A stretch of 64,000 bases of DNA from Octopus vulgaris (lineage: Eukaryota). This document shows, piece after piece, positions 26,800 through 64,000 of the stretch; the first letter of the stretch is position 1, and each line of letters starts with the position of its first letter. The DNA lies in NCBI GenBank assembly GCA_951406725.2, contig OX597830.1, forward strand, positions 19,034,001-19,098,000, in the 5' to 3' direction. The position numbers were made by a program, and so were the translations under genes. Below the pieces are notes generated by a model. It saw only the letters and a program-made list of their open reading frames with translations. It was not told the DNA's origin and searched no databases.

Positions 26800-29700
26800 T
26801 GTTGTTGTCGATGATAATGATTAATGATTAATGACAATGACGATGGGAATGACAACAAGTGTTGCCAAGCAACAAGTACGCCTTTTATTAGTTCTTTTAA
26901 TGTAATGTACGTGGAATCAATTATGAAGTTACTTTATTGTTTTCCTCGCTTGCCATAAAAGAACAAGAACAAAAACAAAAAAAACCTTAGTTATCAGAAG
27001 CTGCTATAGACAGATGTGACTACTTACATGAAAAGTAGAATAAAACTATCAAATAAAGCTTATTGACACGCGACCTTTGACAGGAAGTGTCAGCAGTAAT
27101 TGGTTGGGAAGCGATTAAGAAAGTCGAGGCATTTTATTCGATAATATAATACATAGAAAGAAAGAAAAATGTTGTAATACAGACATTTCTTTATAACTAC
27201 ACAACTCTAAAATTAAAAAAAATATATTTAGATGCCATTTCAAACCCAAAACTACATTTATCGTTGAGGATTAAACTTCATTTTTTACCGAAAGTAAACA
27301 GTTTCCTTAACGACTTTTTTTGAGTTTTGAGGAGGATGAAACTCTGTGAGATTTTATTTGGTTATAAAACTTATAAATGATAAACGAATTTCAAAATTTC
27401 AATTCTGCATTGACGTATTTCAATCGATACGAGTGCTACTGCTTAAAATTAAAACTTGCTTCTGATCCATTGACACGGACCGAGCTGGTATTTCGGGTCA
27501 GATGCTCTGAAATAAGCCGGGAAGGTGCAGGTTAAAACGCAATAGTAACACAAATGGGTAAAATTTACTCTGAAAATTTACCCACAAATGTGACAGCAGA
27601 GGGATTTTCATGTGTTGTAATCTAGATGCAGCCCCCTTAGCGTGTAAGGAGACAAGGACCAAAACAATTGCATGTGGTTGGGATGCTTCTTTGAAGAACT
27701 TTCGCTGTTCTGCTCTAGCGTTTCTAACAATCTACTTACCTGTCCGCACATGTGTGTGTTTGATGGGATATTTTTTATTATGAAATTTTCTGCAAATACT
27801 TTTCAAAGGGTGCAGTTTGTATTGGAATATAATGTCAAAAAAAGGAGAAAAAACGGATCCGAAAAAAACCCCAGAAAACAATTGGTGGGCGCACACACAT
27901 ACGTACCGAAACATCACATTTATTCTTTTACTTGTTTCAGTCATTTGACTGCGGCCATGCTGGAGCACCGCCTTTAGTCGAGCAAATCGACCCCAGGACT
28001 TATTCTTTGGAAGCCTAGTACTTATTCTATTGGTCTCTTTTGCCAAACCGCTAAGTTACAAGGACGTAAACACAGCAGCATCGGTTGTCAACCGATGGTG
28101 TGGGACAAACAAAAATACAGACACACACACACACACTCACACATTATGTACGACAGGCTTCTTTCAGTTTCCGTCTACCAAGTCCACTCACAAGGCTTTG
28201 GTCAGCCCAAGGCTACAGTAGAAAACACTTGCCCAAGGTGCCACGCAGTGGGACTGAACCCGGAACTATGTGGTTGGGAAGCAAGTTTCTTACCACACAA
28301 CCACTCCTGCGCCTACAAAATAAAACTTGACATTTTGAAAAAATTATGTGCGCGCGCCCAATAATTATTTTCTTTTTTAACGTTAAATTCCGATATAATC
28401 GCAAACAACACCATGTGAAAAGTATTTGCAAAAACATTCATAAAAAGAATAGTATATCCATTTCTCTGAAAGTTATAAGGAAACAAAATTTGGTGGGTGG
28501 GGCACATTTGTGTACGTATGCTTATTTCAGTTGCCTTAGAAACCAACTGGGAAAATCCGAAGTTCCACAGCAAGAGACGGTGACAGTAATTAGGCTTGTA
28601 TCACTACCACTGCTTATTAGATTAAGATTTTCTCTTAAACATGTCAGCCAATGTTTTTTAAAATCATTTATTTAATCCTTTCTGAGTCTCTAACGAATGC
28701 CGCTAGAATTTGGCTTCCCTAACTACAAGGAACACATCAGCCTATAAACATTAGCTTATCTGAGTTATTTCCCTTAGATTATTTGCTTCTCCTCCTCCCC
28801 CTCCTCCCATTGGCATCATTAGTAACTGTTGCTTCGCACCGCGAGCCGAAGCCATACCAACAGCAGAAATAAAATTCTCGTATTTGATTCGCTAATAAAC
28901 GTCAAACATGTGCAGGCAAATTACAAAAATTTAAAATGTTTTGTATTTTTATAATGAATAAACATTTTAAAGATACAAGTAAAAAAGATATGGAAAGTAA
29001 ACTGTATAATGTTTATATAATTAAACTTATTATATAATATTAATAAAGATTAAATTCCGATACAAATTTAAGCCCGGAACACGTTTTGTCATGTTTACGA
29101 TGGCGGAGTATGTTTTTATTCTCAGAGACAAAAAAATGAATATTAACAACAACTACGACAATAATAATATTTTATAAGCTTTAAATATAGATTTAATTCT
29201 AAAAGAAGAAAAAACCCCAAAACCATCCATTCAAATATGGTAATTATAAAGTCTTTTTTCTTAATTTGTTTGACTGAAAGTAAGGGAAATTGCCTTAAAT
29301 TTCAGAATATTTTCGATATCTGTTCGAAATTTCTTTAGCAAACTATTATTGAGAAATGCATTAACTTCACAATACTTCATACTTCAATAATAAATCTCTG
29401 AACGAGATGTAAACAGTAACCGCTTTTGCAAAAAGGTCTTCCTTTCACTTCATACTTCGTTGCTTATAAATCCGAAGTTAACACTTGTTGATTTCTGCAT
29501 TTCCATTTGTAAATAACAACCAACACCCGAAGTAAGGTCCCCTGTCTGCTCCCAGAAGTAGACGCGAAATTTGAGAGGTTTTGTTGCGATTTCCAATGAA
29601 TCAAGCCAGAGCAACACCCGCACGGGATTTGCAGCATATTAGGAGGTCAGGGTATTTGATTCCACGCAAAAAATCCGAATTTTTTTTTTTTCTCAGTGAA

Positions 29701-29800
29701 AATTTACCGCTTTATTATTATCATCATTTGTTTGCAAGGCGGCGTGCTTGCAGAATTGTTGGCGGAATTCTGGTTTAAGCACCCCCGCCGCATATAAACC
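26800..29800. promoter_or_regulatory. Putative bidirectional promoter region between FAIM and CEP70
   Basis: Lies between the two 5' ends and is visibly richer in CpG. Minus-strand donors at 27027 (cat|gtaagt) and 27739 (cag|gtaagt); plus-strand GA|gtatgt at 29108. X-box-like GTTGCCAAGCAAC at 26861, ETS-like CAGGAAGT at 27081 and CCGGAA near 29074, YY1-like GATGGCGG at 29099. Confidence 0.55.
27922..28313 (-). mobile_element. SINE family A copy inside the bidirectional promoter region
   Basis: full-length reverse match to 50053-50475. Confidence 0.9.
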
Positions 29801-30269
29801 CTCATAACTGATTTACTTTTTGGAATTTTCAGAAAATTCTTGCGAATTTGTGTTGGGAATTCATATGAAAAACAATTTTTTTTTTTAAAGTGTGATTTAA
29901 AATAAGTACCAGCTTTAATTAAAAAAAAGTACTAGGGTTGATTCATTTGTGTTTAATTCTATATGGGTAATTTTTTTTTGCCAGTGCTGGTGCCATGTAG
30001 AAAGCACCCAACTCACTCTGTAAAGTGGTTGGCTTTAAGAAGGGCACCCAGCTGTATAAACCATGCCAAAGCAGACACTGTGGCTTGGTGCAGTCCTCTG
30101 GCATGCCAGCTCCTGTCACACCGTCCAACCCATGCCAGCATGGAAAATTCATGTTAAATGATGATGATGATGATGCACATAACATATTCCCTAAGACATT
30201 TATACATAGTAAACCCTAAAAAGAAAAATGATCTCTCAATAGAGATTTGTTGATGAATTTGGTCTAAAC

Positions 30270-30448
30270 CAGTGCTTTTCAAACTTTTTGTTGGAGTGGA
30301 ACCCCAAGGAAACATCCCACTGGCTCGAGGAACCCCTGTGCAATAATTTAATAGTCTTATGCACACATATCTGCACAGGAGAATTAAAAATTACTGCCGA
30401 TTTTAGCAGTTTTGTAACTTCTTGTGGAACCCTGGTTGAAAACCACTG
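30270..30448. mobile_element. hAT (Charlie-like) MITE
   Basis: TIR CAGTGCTTTTCAA / TTGAAAACCACTG; TSD GTCTAAAC/GTCCAAAC. Confidence 0.85.
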
Positions 30449-30672
30449 GTCCAAACAGTGTATTGGTTATGACGAAATTACCTGCTGTCATTGTCAATTA
30501 GCCCTGGGTCACCTCTGTTTGAGTAGACCTATGAACAGACACATTCAAGTCATTGCTCTCTATTATTCTGACATAGAAGATCTAAGATTACGTTATCCAA
30601 TGTGTTTTGTTTTTAAGACACTTGAGTGTTATTTGGGGAAGATTTGGCTGCTGTTTGGAGATTGAGCAACCA

Positions 30673-31167
30673 TTAACCTATTAGCATTTAAACTGGCCAC
30701 ATCAGACCCAAATATTCTTACTGTTTTATGTTCAAACCAACCAGATCCAGCCTCTCATATCTATCCTACAATATAATCATCATCATCATTTAGCATCCGC
30801 TTTCCATGCTAGCATGGGTTGGATGGTTCAACTGGGGTCTGGGAAGCCAGAAGGCTGCACCAGGCTCCAGTCTGATCTGGCAGTGTTTCTACAGCTCGAT
30901 GCCCTTCCTAATGCCAACCACTCCGTGAGTGTAGTGGGTGCTTTTTATGTGCCACCGGCACAGGTGCCAGATGAGGCTGGCAAACGGCCACGATCGGATG
31001 GTGCTTTTTACGTGCCACCGAGACGGAGGCCAGGCGAGGCTGGCAGGCCAATATACAATCACATCATTGAGATCTCAAAACTACAAGATAATGCATGATT
31101 AATTCAGAACAATGTGAATGAAAAGCATTAGTGTTGACAGAATAATTTGAATGCTAAAGGGGGTTAA
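30673..31167 (+). mobile_element. piggyBac-type MITE family (TTAACC..TAGCATT...AATGCTAAAGGGTTAA) with nested SINE; other copies ~20120-20362, 33810-34301, 43208-44218, 52989-54048
   Basis: shared internal sequence and TTAA-flanked TIRs across five copies. Confidence 0.75.
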
Positions 31168-32123
31168 GAGTCTCCATTTCCAGTTTCAATGCTCTCTTTG
31201 TTTTTTTCATCTGCACTCATCACCTACTTACCCCATTGTTATGATCTGTCTTTTCCTCTCTTCTACCACACTCTGCTCCTCTAGCTAGGCTGATTGTGTG
31301 TTACGTCTACATGACCTGTTTATTGCAAACTATATATCTTCCTCTACCAACCTGGCCATATCATCTTGCATTCACCAAGCATTTGGTTAAATATTTTACC
31401 TCGGCTAGATTCTAGCCCTATGGAATTCCTTCTCATCCCATGTTTTTCTCTCTCAGTTACTAGTCTGATGAATTTCAAACTCAGCATTAATCACACTGAC
31501 TCCCCCCTGTGCAATTCATCTCTATCTTTTAGTCTGCAAATCTCTGACTAATTAATTTAAAAAAAAATTTCTGCGTGGCACCTTGGGCAAGTGTCTGCTA
31601 CTATAGCCTCGGGCCGACCAAATCCTTGTGAATGGATTTTGTAGACGGAAACTCAAAGAAGCCCGTCGTATATATGTATATATATGTGTGTCTGTGTTTG
31701 TCCCCCTAGCATTGCTTGACAACTGATGCTGGTGTGTTTATGTCCCCGTCACTTAGCATTTCAGCAAAAGAGACCGATAGAATAAGTACTGGGCTTACAA
31801 AGAATAAGTCCCAGGGTCAGTTTGCTCAACTAAAGGCGGTACTCTAGCATGGCCGCAGTCAAATGACTGAAACAAGTAAAAGAGTATCAAATCATTTACT
31901 TGATTTCCGTGTCTCCTGACTAAGGATAACTTCTTCCTTCTGTCACACCTGTCTCACAGGGACCTTGAAGGGGTCATGAGCCCTGCCTTTCCTTCTCTGA
32001 CCCAGCCATAAAGAAAATACAAAGCAAAAACAAAAACAAAAAAAAACAACAACTTTTATATAAGAAATGACTATAATTAACACTGTGATTTTAATTTGTA
32101 AATCTTTTGATTTTTAAAACAAG

Positions 32124-62510
<30,387 letters not shown>

Positions 62511-62674
62511 TAACCAGTGGCGAATGTTCTGGATATCTTGGATACAGGAAGAAAGAAGGATGAGCTACACTAGTTACTGCTGTCATCATTGCTACTGCAG
62601 CTATAAGGGCACTGAGCTGGCAAAATAGTTAGAGCATTGGACAGAATACCTAATGGTATTTCTGACATTGTAAG

Positions 62675-62905
62675 GTGGCGAACTGGTAAAATTGTTAGCA
62701 CGACGGGCGAAATGCATAGCCGTATTTCGTCTGCTGTTATGTTCTGAGTTCGAATTCCGCCGAGGTCGACTTTGCCTTTCATCCTTTCGGGGTCGATAAA
62801 TTAAGTACCAGTTACGCACTGGGGTCGATATAATCGACTTAATCCATTTGTCTGTCCTTGTTTGTCCTCTCTGTGTTTAGCCCCTTGTGGGTAGTAAAGA
62901 AATAA
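62675..62905 (+). mobile_element. SINE family B (tRNA-like head plus Nin/Deu-like core GCCTTTCATCCTTTCGGGGTCGATAAA..AAGTACCAG)
   Basis: Copies at 3917-4120, 5750-5935, 47385-47830, 51765-51997, 62925-63070 (+); 3658-3870, 13490-14155, 22112-22275, 49073-49303, 49555-49785, 56380-56607 (-). The Nin/Deu assignment is from recalled core similarity. Confidence 0.85.
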
Positions 62906-63445
62906 GTATTTCTTCTGACTCACTATGTTCTGAGTTCAAATTCTGTCATGGTCAACTTTGCCTTTCATCCTTTCAGGGTTGATAGAATAAGTACCAGTTG
63001 AGCACTGGGGTCGATGTAATTGACTAACTCTCCTTCCTCTAAAAGTTACTGGCCTTGTGCCGAAATTTGAAACCATTATTACATCATCTACCACTGTCAT
63101 CATTGTCATTGCTGTTATATCAGGTATCACTGTGATCACTCCTATGTTAGTTGTCATTGTCATCACTGCCATCACTCATTATTGTCATCACTCATCATTG
63201 TCAATAGTATTGTTATGTATGCTCAACATCTTTAATATTCTTAACTCAATCCCATTGCTGTACCACAACTACAATCACCACCACCACCGCCATTATCATC
63301 ATCATCATCATCATTGGTAGCTACTCTACATCTCACACATGTCCAATATGTCATATTACATTCTTATACTTTGACAGTCATTGTGTATATATATATATAT
63401 AGCTCATACATGTCCTGACAATCACTCTAGAACTTACACTTGTCC

Positions 63446-63568
63446 AGACAGCCACCTGCACTCATGTACCCCACACATATCTAGACAGCCACCTGCACTT
63501 ATGTACCCCACACATGGCCAGACAGCCACCTGCACTTATGTACCCCACTCATGGCCAGACAGCCACCC
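63446..63568 (+). repeat. 37-bp minisatellite x~3.3
   Basis: AGACAGCCACCTGCACTTATGTACCCCACACATGGCC at 63446, 63483, 63520, 63557 (partial). Confidence 0.93.
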
Positions 63569-64000
63569 TATCATCATTGTTCGACCGTGGTCGAGACAAT
63601 GGAATTTACTATGTTACGCCAGACTTCACGATCCATCATAGCATTACGGAGGTCCTGCTGCTGGATGCCTATGGAATTTGCCACCCTAACTCTAACCCTA
63701 CTTATGTCCAGACATCTGTCCTACACCTCACACTGTATATCCTGATTGGCTTTCTTCGTGTCTCTTTACATAGTCCAAGGCCAGTCTGAACCATGACACA
63801 CAAATGAACTTCTCACCCAGTGTTCTGTTACAAAAGACATGAAGTCTAGGCAACAGCTGCTGCTGCAAGGGAACCTTTGTGTGTTAGTTGGATTGCTAGA
63901 AATAGAAGCTAAAACTTCTTCAAATCAAATCCATCGTCTTTAAAAAAAAAAAAGGGGATGGATGCAGCTGGAAAGGTAATCTTAGGCAGGATAGCCACAG

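Overview
This is AT-rich, repeat-dense eukaryotic DNA. The SINE families, microsatellites and gene structure point to an octopus/cephalopod genome (inference). It holds two spliced protein-coding genes arranged head-to-head around a shared ~26.8-29.8 kb promoter region. FAIM lies on the minus strand (4 coding exons, 25838->19833, 181 aa). CEP70 lies on the plus strand (13 phase-consistent coding exons, 32124-62510, 5' end unresolved). The same divergent CEP70-FAIM pair exists in human 3q22. Nearly all ORFs in the supplied track are spurious repeat or microsatellite translations. The rest is mobile DNA: four SINE families, R4/Dong, RTE, Tx1/L1 and I-group LINE fragments, mariner, hAT and piggyBac-type MITEs, and three non-autonomous Helitrons. 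There is also a 673-bp foldback element with a telomere-repeat core and a 100/112-bp satellite grown inside a MITE. The most striking hidden signal is five sequence-unrelated, structurally complete or near-complete minimal type-I hammerhead ribozymes plus degenerate ones. They sit in short Penelope-like inserts next to (TA)n tracts, and two lie sense within introns of FAIM and CEP70.
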